64,000 nt of DNA, from contig JBAZZB010000002.1 in the NCBI GenBank assembly GCA_041659045.1, positions 21,427-85,426 on the forward strand, read 5' to 3'. A model generated the notes under the pieces. The model was not told the origin of the DNA. It ran no database searches and worked only from the letters and a program-made list of their open reading frames with translations. The position numbers were made by a program, and so were the translations under genes. Of this stretch, positions 39,879-48,360 are shown piece after piece; the stretch's first letter is position 1; each line of letters begins with the position of its first letter. The stretch is from Patescibacteria group bacterium (GTDB taxonomy: Bacteria > Patescibacteriota > Patescibacteriia > SG8-24 > DYFX01).

Positions 39879-39941
39879 GCAGGGTGCTGTGGGCTTGCAG
39901 CCAACAGCCAAAGCAGCTCACCTCCCCGCATCCATGCTCCG

Positions 39942-40007
39942 GAGATATTCTGCTAATGAGACCCGGGGTCTACCATCGCCGAATCCGCCCAACAGGCGGA
40001 TTTTGCG
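39942..40007 (+). repeat. intergenic repeat family copy B
   Basis: GAGATATTCTGCTAATGAGACCCGGGGTCTACCATC plus hairpin AATCCGCC-CAACA-GGCGGATT plus T-run. Extended similarity to copy C begins ~45 nt upstream (from 39897). Confidence 0.6.
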
Positions 40008-40060
40008 TTTTGTCGTTTGGTTCTATTTCATCCATACTATCTTTATAGAAACCCCTGAAC

Positions 40061-40609
40061 ATGAAAAAACCTTTTGCCATCATCGGCTGTGCCGTCGTCA
40101 TCGTTGCCACCTACTTCTTTGGCTACTTCTCCTCCAAAGAAGCATCTCGTATCGAGTTTGCCCAAATAGACTGCACCCCGGGCAGAGCCGCCACCGGCTC
40201 CTCCAAACTTTTCGGAAAAATCGTGAAGATCAACGAAAACAGTGTAGCGTTGCGCTTAGTCGAGTGGGTGGAGGGTGAAGATAATCAAGAGCAGGCTGCG
40301 CTTGAAACTGAGCGCTGCACGCTTGAGCGCATCGAAAAGGATGAGTGCGTGCCGAATAATTTCTTCTTGCGCGAAACGCAAAAAACTTTGCAGCTGCCGA
40401 TTGCTGCAAATCTGTCTGTCCAGGTTCTCTCGAATGGGGCAAATGGAGAGTTCAAGCAAGATGAGCAACAGAACACACTTCCTCGTGAGGTTAGTCTGAC
40501 TGATCTGCAGAAGATGTTGGAGATTGGCGAGTTCGCTATCTATACGCCCTTCGTCTTTACTACTACGAATGGAGCCATTACCAAGATTCAGGAGCAGTAC
40601 ATTCCGTAA
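40061..40609 (+). CDS. membrane-anchored/secreted hypothetical protein (182 aa)
   Basis: N-terminal hydrophobic anchor MKKPFAIIGCAVVIVATYFFGYF; low-GC codon usage; no domain recognised. Confidence 0.55.
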   Translation: MKKPFAIIGCAVVIVATYFFGYFSSKEASRIEFAQIDCTPGRAATGSSKLFGKIVKINENSVALRLVEWVEGEDNQEQAALETERCTLERIEKDECVPNNFFLRETQKTLQLPIAANLSVQVLSNGANGEFKQDEQQNTLPREVSLTDLQKMLEIGEFAIYTPFVFTTTNGAITKIQEQYIP

Positions 40610-40611
40610 CC

Positions 40612-40656
40612 AGGCTACCATCAAAACACCCGCCGAATAGGCGGGTGTTTTGTATT
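40612..40656 (+). repeat. direct repeat R (exact copy of the tRNA-Glu 3' end plus terminator)
   Basis: GGCTACCATCAAAACACCCGCCGAATAGGCGGGTGTTTTGTATTC is identical to 37980..38024. Confidence 0.8.
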
Positions 40657-40748
40657 CAGAATTGTTACCTGGCACTTAGGTACCAAGTGCCGTTTTTTTT
40701 GGATGATTATGCTACCATTACGGTCATAAACACTGAGAACAAGGTCAT

Positions 40749-41360
40749 ATGGCCCTCTCTGCATATCATCAGAAATACGCCTCAAAGCCGGACGAAGAAA
40801 TCGCCCGCCGCGCAAAAGCGAAGGAGGAAGAACTCCGGCGCATTTTTGATACCGCCCCGCTCCGTTCATCGGTAACGCCCATACGCGTGGCCATCATGGG
40901 ATGCGGTGAAAAACGGTTTATCCAACACCACCGCGACATCTTCCAAACACTTCTTGCTCGCCCCGTTGAAATCACGACGTTCGATCTTGTCACTGAGCAC
41001 CTTGCCGGTGAAACCCGCGTCTTTCAACACGACGTAACTCAACCGCTCCCCGATGCGCCCTACGACGTCACCTACGCGCATGTCCTTTTGAAGTTCATCC
41101 CGACGGACAAGCAGCTCGATGTGCTTCTGAACTCTTATACTGCATTGCGCGAAGGAGGCGTGGCTATCCATGTCTTTGATACCGAGGAGCTTTCAGCAAC
41201 ATCAACAACGCTTCCTGACGAGCTATACGCTGTTCCGCTCGAACGCTGGAAGAAGGAACTAGACGAACGCGGCATCAAACACGCAGAGGTTGCTTGGGAA
41301 ATCGAGGGTGTCCTACCGATGCCGCTCGAAGGCAGCGCACTGATGCTGTTGAAGGAGTGA
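40749..41360 (+). CDS. class I SAM-dependent methyltransferase (putative)
   Basis: VAIMGCGEKRF resembles the glycine-rich motif I, and the downstream acidic motif II-like FDLVTEH fits a Rossmann-fold methyltransferase; 203 aa. Confidence 0.55.
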   Translation: MALSAYHQKYASKPDEEIARRAKAKEEELRRIFDTAPLRSSVTPIRVAIMGCGEKRFIQHHRDIFQTLLARPVEITTFDLVTEHLAGETRVFQHDVTQPLPDAPYDVTYAHVLLKFIPTDKQLDVLLNSYTALREGGVAIHVFDTEELSATSTTLPDELYAVPLERWKKELDERGIKHAEVAWEIEGVLPMPLEGSALMLLKE

Positions 41361-41464
41361 ACGAATATCCATCTCATCCGACCATCTTCGTTCCCCATTG
41401 GCACCTAGGTACTAGGCACCAACACAGCAGCCAAGGCAGTCCACCTGCCCGCGTCCAAACCACG

Positions 41465-41534
41465 CAGATATTCTGCTAATGGGACTCGGGGTCTACCATA
41501 AAACGACACCGCTAAAAGGCGGTGTTTTCGTTTT
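41465..41534 (+). repeat. intergenic repeat family copy C
   Basis: CAGATATTCTGCTAATGGGACTCGGGGTCTACCAT plus hairpin AAAACGACACCGC-TAAAAG-GCGGTGTTTTCGTTTT. Confidence 0.6.
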
Positions 41535-41621
41535 GAAATGACCCCTCTGCACCTTGACATTTCTTTTTTTTCTGCCATACTGCAGATCCTCATCGCGTCC
41601 CAACATCGTACGGAGGCTGTC

Positions 41622-42611
41622 GTGGACAATAACGTCGTGGTCTTTCCAAGAGACTTCACCCCAGCGCACACCCTACTGAACCTCGATACTCGGATCATCT
41701 GCGGTGATCTGACTTCGATGGAAACCGCCGGCGACGATGTCGCTGAGGTTGCCATGGGTTCTGACCAACTGCGTCTCAGCTTGCGAGGCTTCAAGGTCAT
41801 GAACCCACCGAGGCCCGCCCGATCGAGCGGCTCCAGCGCCTTGTACCTGGCGAGCGGCAAGGAAAAGCGGGACGGACTCCTGCTGCAGTACCTGCCGCCG
41901 CACAGCACAACGTCACTGCACTACCACGCCTGTACCCTCGAGACGTTCCACTTGCTGGCAGGCCGCGCCGCCGTCAGGACACCATGGGGAACGGAAGAGC
42001 ACCTCGACGATGGTCGCAGGAGCTTCACCAATCCGATGTTCGTGCCGCACCAGGTCGTGACCGGCGAATCCGCGTCGATCATCTTGCTCGAGATGGGTCT
42101 GCCCACCGAGTCCACGGGTATGAAGGATCACTTCTACGTGGACACGGACACGGCGATCGACATCCACTCCAAGGGCGAGTATCCGTCGTCGGCGTTGAGC
42201 AACTTCGGCGCACACGCCTTCTCGCTCGACGGGATCGAGTGCGCGTCGATGGAGGGATTCCTCCAAGCACTCAAGGAGCGTGACCAGGATGTGCAGCCCG
42301 GCATCTGCGCACTCACTGGCGGCGCAGCCAAGCGACGTGGTGAGGAGCTGAGCCAAGCGCGTGGGCCTTCGGACCCGCTCTACTGGCAAGGCCAACCCAT
42401 CAATCGCCTTTCGGCGACGTACCAAGAACTCCTGGATCGAGCCTATGCGGAGCTGGCCAGGAACAGCAACTTCCAGGCGGCGCTGCGGGCCACGGGCGAC
42501 GCCTTGCTGGTCCACAGCATCGGCAAGAAGACGCCGGAAACCACCATCCTGACGGAGCTGGAACTCTGCTCACGCCTGATGCGGATCCGCCATTCCTTGC
42601 CGCAGTCATGA
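41622..42611 (+). CDS. cupin - NADAR (YbiA-like N-glycosidase/DUF1768) fusion protein
   Basis: GGAGG plus a 5-nt spacer before GTG at 41622. A TTGACA/17/ATACTG promoter lies inside the ORF-track N-terminal extension (41538..). Cupin motif SLHYHACTLETFHLL. The C-terminal NADAR signature is LSNFGAHAFSLDGIECASMEGFLQALKE. Confidence 0.65.
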   Translation: MDNNVVVFPRDFTPAHTLLNLDTRIICGDLTSMETAGDDVAEVAMGSDQLRLSLRGFKVMNPPRPARSSGSSALYLASGKEKRDGLLLQYLPPHSTTSLHYHACTLETFHLLAGRAAVRTPWGTEEHLDDGRRSFTNPMFVPHQVVTGESASIILLEMGLPTESTGMKDHFYVDTDTAIDIHSKGEYPSSALSNFGAHAFSLDGIECASMEGFLQALKERDQDVQPGICALTGGAAKRRGEELSQARGPSDPLYWQGQPINRLSATYQELLDRAYAELARNSNFQAALRATGDALLVHSIGKKTPETTILTELELCSRLMRIRHSLPQS

Positions 42612-42618
42612 ACACCTT

Positions 42619-42652
42619 GAAACCGGTCTGACTCATCAGATCGGTCTTTTAT
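42619..42652 (+). terminator. rho-independent terminator
   Basis: GACCGGTCTGA-CTCA-TCAGATCGGTC followed by TTTTATT. Confidence 0.5.
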
Positions 42653-42844
42653 TATGCGCTGCAGACGGTTGTAAAAATTCATACACGGCCCCATTGCTCC
42701 ACCTATCGTGGCCGTTGACGCTTTTCGTTGACCAATGGGCCTGCCTACTGTTGAAAGTATTGACAAAAAGGCGGAAGCGTAGTACTTTCCGCGTCTGGGT
42801 TTGGACAAACCGACCTGGTCGGAGACTTACCCATGGAGGACCTC

Positions 42845-43291
42845 ATGCGTAGCACCTTCGTTAGCGGTTCCCTTGCGTTCCTGTTCGGCCTGGCCTGCAT
42901 CCTCGGCAACGCCGGCGCAGACAGCAACCACAGCGCCCCGAGCAACCACTCGGGCACCTTCCTCGCCGATCCGGCGAGTCTGATCTACGACGGCACGTCC
43001 GTCGTCATGATCGGGATCATGAACTCGCCGAGCTGCGGCCAGTTCACGACCGAAGACCAGACCTGCAGCGGCGACGCCGTCGACTCCGACGGGGACGGCA
43101 TCTTCGATGCCAGTTCCTCGGAGCGTCGCATGGGCGAGCTCGACTGCTCGGACCCCCGGCTCACGGGTTGCGAGGAGTGCCTGGGCACGGTGCGCATCTG
43201 CTGCCCGTCGCAGGAGTGCACCGTCAGCAACTGCCCCGGCAAGAGCGGGTACTGTCCCAACGACAAGGGCGGAGGCAGTCACTGCTGCTGA
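42845..43291 (+). CDS. Cys-rich secreted small protein (148 aa, 14 Cys)
   Basis: GGAGG plus 5 nt before the ATG at 42845. Signal peptide MRSTFVSGSLAFLFGLACILGNAGA. C-terminal CxxC-rich segment (CSDPRLTGCEECLGTVRICCPSQECTVSNCPGKSGYCPNDKGGGSHCC). A TTGACA/17/TACTTT promoter lies upstream. Confidence 0.6.
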   Translation: MRSTFVSGSLAFLFGLACILGNAGADSNHSAPSNHSGTFLADPASLIYDGTSVVMIGIMNSPSCGQFTTEDQTCSGDAVDSDGDGIFDASSSERRMGELDCSDPRLTGCEECLGTVRICCPSQECTVSNCPGKSGYCPNDKGGGSHCC

Positions 43292-43414
43292 TGCGCAGGC
43301 GGCCTCATCTATACCCCTTCCACATACGCCCCAGGCGTATTTTTTTTGTCTTCCTTTCAAAGTACAGTCGTGGTGTAATTGCCACGATGACTCTATTTGG
43401 CTAACTTCTGCGAT

Positions 43415-44935
43415 ATGCAGCCTCAAACGCACGCCGAGCAAGCACCGCTTACGCATCTGGACCGCACCAAGCTTCTTTGGAGCATCGGGCTGTCGCTCTT
43501 CTGGGTGATCTTCCTTTGGGGCTTTTTTGGCCACGGACCTTACGCGCTGGGCATGAACGCATTCCTCTACCTTGCAGGAATGGTGGCGCTCTTTTTGTGG
43601 AGCATGAAGCGTGAAGGGCTTTCTCTTAGGAAAAATGCCGCCTGGATCGCACCGATCTGCCTGATCGTGCTGAGCTACGCCATCTTCGACAACCCGTTCC
43701 TCAAAATGGTGAGCATCCTCGTGCTCCCGACGACATTCGCCCTCTTCTATAACGAGGCTTTCCTCACCGTGCACGGCCGAGCGCGCTGGAACAGTAAAAT
43801 GATCGAGGCTCTTGTTTGGCGCTCTCTTTCCATCATCACGCATATCCGCAAGGCAGGCAGCCTCATCGAAAGCTTGGTGATGCGGACGAGGAAAAATCCC
43901 AGCACGGCCAAGCGCATTACCCTTGGCGTCTTTCTTTTCCTGCTCATCGCCGTCGTCATCGTAATTCCTCTCCTTTCTTCGGCGGATGCGGAGTTCGCAG
44001 CCGCGATAGGATTCGTGAACGTTTGGATCCAAAAGCTGTTTTCCACGACCCTCTTCGGAAAAATCCTTCTCTTCTTCCTGCTTTCCATCGGCACGATTTC
44101 CGCCCTGCTTGCATGGACAAGGCCCTCGGCGCACGCGGCGACCGAAACGGAAACGAAACACGTCGATCCGATCGTCGCCGGCATCGTGCTCGGTGGCGTG
44201 CTCGCCCTTTACGTGCTTTTCCTCTGGATCCAGCTCGGCCACATGTGGGTCGGAAAGCTTCCAGTCGAGTTCAGCGAGACCGAGCGTCTGGTGAAAGACG
44301 GATTCTGGCAACTCTTCTGCCTGACCATCATCAACATCCTCTTCGCCTTCACGACCTACCGGAAAACCGTGCCGGCGGTGCAACGCCTGCTGACCGTCTT
44401 CGTCGTCGCTTCTTTCCTGCTGCTTGTTTCCGCCGGTTACCGGATGGCGCTCTACGTGACGTATTACGGCTTGAGCTACGAAAAATTCTTCGCTTCGTAC
44501 ACGGTGGCGTTCTGCGCCATTCTGCTGCTCTGGCTCGTCTCTCGCCTCTTCACGCATGCCCGCGCTGATGTTGTGCGCTTCCCTGTGATGCTTTTCATCT
44601 GGATGTACGCCGTGCTGACCGTCATGCCGGTCGAGCAGATCATCCTCCGTTCCAACGTTGCCCTGTCGCAGCGAGAAGGTTCGCAGATCCGATTGTTTGA
44701 GCTCACGATGCTCTCTCCCGACGTGCTCGGCTTGGTGCAAAAATACCAGAAAGAAGGCGCGCTCGTAGAAAAAAACCCTTTCTACTCGCGCGAAATGGCC
44801 GAACTCGTACCCGAAGAGGGAGCCTATTCGAAGCCGAACTTCGACTGGAATCCATGGATCAAAGATCGTTCCGCGATTGTTTCGGAGAAAGCTTGGTATG
44901 AACTGAACCTCATGAACCTGATCACAAGACCTTGA
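43415..44935 (+). CDS. polytopic membrane protein (~10 TM, hypothetical)
   Basis: 506 aa dominated by hydrophobic helices. ATG at 43415; the ORF-track TTG at 43397 is an alternative start. The 707-aa minus-strand ORF 42827..44950 is its antisense shadow. Confidence 0.65.
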   Translation: MQPQTHAEQAPLTHLDRTKLLWSIGLSLFWVIFLWGFFGHGPYALGMNAFLYLAGMVALFLWSMKREGLSLRKNAAWIAPICLIVLSYAIFDNPFLKMVSILVLPTTFALFYNEAFLTVHGRARWNSKMIEALVWRSLSIITHIRKAGSLIESLVMRTRKNPSTAKRITLGVFLFLLIAVVIVIPLLSSADAEFAAAIGFVNVWIQKLFSTTLFGKILLFFLLSIGTISALLAWTRPSAHAATETETKHVDPIVAGIVLGGVLALYVLFLWIQLGHMWVGKLPVEFSETERLVKDGFWQLFCLTIINILFAFTTYRKTVPAVQRLLTVFVVASFLLLVSAGYRMALYVTYYGLSYEKFFASYTVAFCAILLLWLVSRLFTHARADVVRFPVMLFIWMYAVLTVMPVEQIILRSNVALSQREGSQIRLFELTMLSPDVLGLVQKYQKEGALVEKNPFYSREMAELVPEEGAYSKPNFDWNPWIKDRSAIVSEKAWYELNLMNLITRP

Positions 44936-45061
44936 CCGTTCGTCTCGCACAGCGTACGCTCCGCACGAACTTGTATCTCAGACGTTGAGCGCTGAACGGA
45001 ACGTCTTCGTTTTCGCTACCCGTCGACACTTCGATTTCAGAGGACAGGTGCAATCCCTGCC

Positions 45062-45098
45062 CGGTTCGCAAAAACACCCGCCGCAAGGCGAGTGTTTT
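45062..45098. terminator. bidirectional terminator
   Basis: AAAACACCCGCCGCAAGGCGAGTGTTTTTT, the same hairpin family as the tRNA-Glu terminator. Confidence 0.5.
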
Positions 45099-45120
45099 TT
45101 CTTGGAATTGCTCTCTCCTA

Positions 45121-45444
45121 TTACAAGGCGAGGAAATGCCAAAGGAAGTATCCCGTGAGCGCGGCGGCTCCTGCGAAGGAAGTCGCGACCAGGAGATGCA
45201 CGGAGCGCGCGGCTTGGTCGGCTCGTACAGGCGTGGCGCTTCGCGCGAAGAAGGCGAAGAGAAGCATGTAGATCAGAACCGAGGCAACGCTCTTCGTCAC
45301 CCAGTGGTGACCGGTCATCGAGGCGAGCGCGGTCTTGAGTGGAGCGGACATCTCGGCAGCAATCGTGATCGCAACGACGAAGACGATAACGAGTGTCGCG
45401 GCGCGCGCGGAGGCGCGGACGGTGTTTTCGGGAAGCATAGACAT
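45121..45444 (-). CDS. small membrane protein (107 aa)
   Basis: Three hydrophobic helices; starts 4 nt after the stop of 45449..45895 and looks operonic with it. Confidence 0.5.
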   Translation of the reverse strand: MSMLPENTVRASARAATLVIVFVVAITIAAEMSAPLKTALASMTGHHWVTKSVASVLIYMLLFAFFARSATPVRADQAARSVHLLVATSFAGAAALTGYFLWHFLAL

Positions 45445-45448
45445 GCGT

Positions 45449-45895
45449 TCAGACCGCGCCCCAGCGGGCGGCGGCGGAAATGATGTATCCCATCAAGCCG
45501 AGGAACAGGCCGAGCGCGGCAAGACTGCCGGTAAGCCACATCGTCGACTTGCGAAGCTCGGGCGAAGTCGCGCGCGCCGCCAAAATTGCGGTGAACGCCA
45601 TCGGGATCATGAAGAGGAAGATGTGCTCTTTCGCTTCCATGACGACAGCATGCGCCCATGGAGCCATGCCGGCCTTGATGATCGGCTTCACGGTCGGACC
45701 GTAGAAGACGACGTAATAATAACCACCGAGCAACCAACTGAGCGCAAAAGACACAAAACCGACAGTCGCGACAAAAGCGCGGCGACGCGCGTTTTCGACT
45801 TTCGCCGCCAACTCTCCGAGCAACCACAGGAACGCGTCGATGCCAATGATGGCAAAGGCGAGGTGTAAACCGACGAGGATGGGTTTAACAGGCAT
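45449..45895 (-). CDS. membrane protein (148 aa)
   Basis: Four hydrophobic helices (MPVKPILVGLHLAFAIIGIDAFLWLLGELAAK…); it may form a split membrane protein with the downstream ORF. Confidence 0.5.
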   Translation of the reverse strand: MPVKPILVGLHLAFAIIGIDAFLWLLGELAAKVENARRRAFVATVGFVSFALSWLLGGYYYVVFYGPTVKPIIKAGMAPWAHAVVMEAKEHIFLFMIPMAFTAILAARATSPELRKSTMWLTGSLAALGLFLGLMGYIISAAARWGAV

Positions 45896-46002
45896 ACGCC
45901 GTTACGAAATCTATAAAAACGATACTTTCATTTTACTCCCGTGCCCGCCTCCGCCGCAATCGCATTGACACGGCGTCGTTTTTCCGACACACTGGATCAA
46001 CT

Positions 46003-47238
46003 ATGCATAAGCGTCCTCTCCCCGTCATTCTCCTCACCGTCCTCGTCGACTTGATCGGCGTGGGTATTTTGATTCCGGTCATGCCGCAGCTTTTGGCGAA
46101 TCCGGATTCGTCGCACTACCTGCTCTCCGGCGTCGTCTCTGCCGGACAAGGCTTCGTGCTTCTCGGAGCGCTGACCGCCGTCTATCCTTTGATGTCTTTC
46201 CTGGCCGCGCCGATCCTGGGACAGCTCTCCGATCGCTACGGCCGCCGCAAAGTCTTGGCCGTCTGCCTAGCCGGCACGTCGATCGGTTACGGACTCTTCG
46301 CCATCGCTATTCTGCTCAAGAGCCTTCCTCTTCTCTTTTTGTCGCGCATTCTCGACGGCATCACGGGCGGCAACATTTCGGTCGCACAAGCGGCCATAGC
46401 CGACGTGACGAAGCCGGAAGATCGCGCCAAAAACTTCGGTATGATCGGCGCGGCGTTCGGCTTGGGCTTCATTCTCGGCCCCTTCATCGGCGGCAAGCTG
46501 GCCGACCCGACGTTCGTCTCCTGGTTCAACGCCACAACGCCGTTTTGGTTTGCCGCGATCTTAGCCGCGCTCAACTTCGCTTCGGTCATGATCTTCTTCC
46601 CGGAAACGCGGAAGCTTGATCCTGTCACGAAAGCATTCAACTGGATGCGCTCGCTTGGAGACATCGGTCGCGCCTGGCGCTGGAAGGAACTTCGTAGCTT
46701 GTTTATCACAGGATTCCTGTTCTACTCCGGTTTCTCTTTCTTTGTTTCCTTCTTCAACGTGTATCTGACGGATCGCTTCGGTTTCACAGAAGGACGCATT
46801 GGCGAGTACTTCGCGTACATTGGACTCTTTATCGTGCTCGCCCAGGCGCTCTTGATTCGCGTCGTCTCGAAGCGCTGGAGCGAGGCGCATATCCTGCGCG
46901 TCTCGATGCTCGGTACGGCGCTTTCGGTCTTCTCCATGCTGCTCGTGCGCGAAACGTGGCAGTTGCTCCTGATTCCGCCGTTTATGGCGGCTTCGAACGG
47001 ACTCACGGTCGCAAGCCTTTCGGCCGTCGTCAGCAAAACGGCCGGACCGGATCGTCAAGGAGAAATCCTTGGTCTGAACGCGAGTATCCAATCGCTTTCC
47101 AACGCGCTCCCTCCGCTCCTGGCCGGCCTCGTCGCCGCACGCCTTGCCCCGGAAGCCCCGATCGCAATTGGTGCTCTGATCTGCCTCTCCGCATGGATCA
47201 TGTTCGGTCTCACCACGCGCACGGCGAAACAAGCCTAA
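46003..47238 (+). CDS. MFS transporter (DHA1-like)
   Basis: 12 TM helices and the MFS motif GQLSDRYGRRKVL between TM2 and TM3; 411 aa. Confidence 0.85.
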   Translation: MHKRPLPVILLTVLVDLIGVGILIPVMPQLLANPDSSHYLLSGVVSAGQGFVLLGALTAVYPLMSFLAAPILGQLSDRYGRRKVLAVCLAGTSIGYGLFAIAILLKSLPLLFLSRILDGITGGNISVAQAAIADVTKPEDRAKNFGMIGAAFGLGFILGPFIGGKLADPTFVSWFNATTPFWFAAILAALNFASVMIFFPETRKLDPVTKAFNWMRSLGDIGRAWRWKELRSLFITGFLFYSGFSFFVSFFNVYLTDRFGFTEGRIGEYFAYIGLFIVLAQALLIRVVSKRWSEAHILRVSMLGTALSVFSMLLVRETWQLLLIPPFMAASNGLTVASLSAVVSKTAGPDRQGEILGLNASIQSLSNALPPLLAGLVAARLAPEAPIAIGALICLSAWIMFGLTTRTAKQA

Positions 47239-47240
47239 AG

Positions 47241-47275
47241 ACAAAAAACACCCCGACGTCGGGGTGTTTTTTTGT
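47241..47275. terminator. rho-independent terminator
   Basis: AAAAACACCCCGACGTCGGGGTGTTTTTTTGTT. Confidence 0.6.
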
Positions 47276-47319
47276 TACGCGACGAGGGGAGTATCGCGTA
47301 CGCTCTCGAGGAGTCTCGC

Positions 47320-48258
47320 TTACGGACAGGACTCGCTGTACGTACCTTGCGAAACCACCTCCCCTTCCTCAATCAAGGCGCAGTCGGCCAGCTGGCCTGT
47401 GCCTGTGACGTTACCTGGCGTTGCACTCATGGCGTATTCGCCGCAGGTTTCGCCCGCGACGCGGTTGCCCTTATAGAGATCATATCCTTCAACGTGTCCG
47501 TGATCTTTTACAAGCGCGTAGCCGTCGACAACGGCGCCACACTCGAGTCTCGCGTACCCGTCGACAACAGCATTCTCTCTCACGGCAGAGCCATACATGA
47601 CGACCGCGTTGCCTTTGACGACGGCGTTATCTTTCACTACTGATCCTTTTCGAATGACCGCATTTCCGAAGACGCGGGCATTGCCGAGGATCTGCACGCC
47701 TTCATCAATCACCGCGTTGCCATAGATCAACGCATCAGGACCGACGTAGGCATCGGGATTCACGAAGACTGTGTCTTCGCCGATGATGCCACAGCCGTTC
47801 AAATGACGCGTCGCGTAAATTGCCCCTTGTCCATCATCGGGGAAATCGTATTCCGCGATGTCGGGATACGCCGAGCACGGATACTCCGTAAAGGAGTCCG
47901 GCTCAAGCGTGAAGTCGAACGGGAACTTTGTTCCAGGTTCGATCCCATGTCCGCCATCGTCCTGTGTGTCAGTGCACATCAAGTCCATCAGCGAGTCGAC
48001 GTCGGGGTCTTGGTCGTCGATGCACCACGGTGATGACCAGACGAGTTCCGCTGGACCGATGCTGCCGCACATCCGCATGATTCTCGGACGGTAGCAGCCA
48101 TCGCCGTTGGAAGCGCACTCAACGGCGTATTCCATCCACGTCCGACAGCCCGGATCCTTGATACGGGCGTAAGCCGTGGCGGCTAAAAAAAGAGCGCTCA
48201 CGGATATGAGCGCGAAGACCGCGAATCGAACGATTCTGGAGGCCGCTATGGTGTACAT
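47320..48258 (-). CDS. secreted protein with hexapeptide (left-handed beta-helix) repeats
   Basis: Signal/TM MYTIAASRIVRFAVFALISVSALFLAATAYA, a Cys- and Asp-rich region, then about 10 tandem GNAVI/GNAVV/DGYA hexapeptide-like units. Confidence 0.6.
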   Translation of the reverse strand: MYTIAASRIVRFAVFALISVSALFLAATAYARIKDPGCRTWMEYAVECASNGDGCYRPRIMRMCGSIGPAELVWSSPWCIDDQDPDVDSLMDLMCTDTQDDGGHGIEPGTKFPFDFTLEPDSFTEYPCSAYPDIAEYDFPDDGQGAIYATRHLNGCGIIGEDTVFVNPDAYVGPDALIYGNAVIDEGVQILGNARVFGNAVIRKGSVVKDNAVVKGNAVVMYGSAVRENAVVDGYARLECGAVVDGYALVKDHGHVEGYDLYKGNRVAGETCGEYAMSATPGNVTGTGQLADCALIEEGEVVSQGTYSESCP

Positions 48259-48321
48259 AGGTTGCTCCTAAGAATAAACTCCCCCTCACTCATTTCAGTA
48301 TAGCGCGCTCACTTCAGTAAC

Positions 48322-48356
48322 AAAAACCCCCGACGTCACGTCGGGGGTTTTTTGCT
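48322..48356 (-). terminator. terminator of the giant secreted protein gene
   Basis: AAAAACCCCCGACGTCACGTCGGGGGTTTTTTGC palindrome plus T-run. Confidence 0.6.
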
Positions 48357-48360
48357 CTTT

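Larger units (their letters stand above)
38025..40611. mobile_element. putative integrase-less integrated islet between 45-bp direct repeats at the tRNA-Glu 3' end
   Basis: Bounded by the exact direct repeat (att-like). It carries a CHAP hydrolase plus two membrane-anchored hypotheticals, and its genes have lower GC than the backbone. Confidence 0.4.

Noticed and set aside
41384-41401. Second full att repeat of tRNA-Glu 3' end
   Set aside because: Only a 15-nt approximate match (TTCGTTCCCCATTGG versus TTCGATTCCCCTTGG) with two indels. It is mentioned as suggestive within the island finding but not called as a feature.
42827-44950. 707-aa minus-strand ORF
   Set aside because: Antisense of the Cys-rich peptide and polytopic membrane protein genes, with R/E/H/D-rich shadow composition. 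The plus-strand genes have promoters and RBSs.
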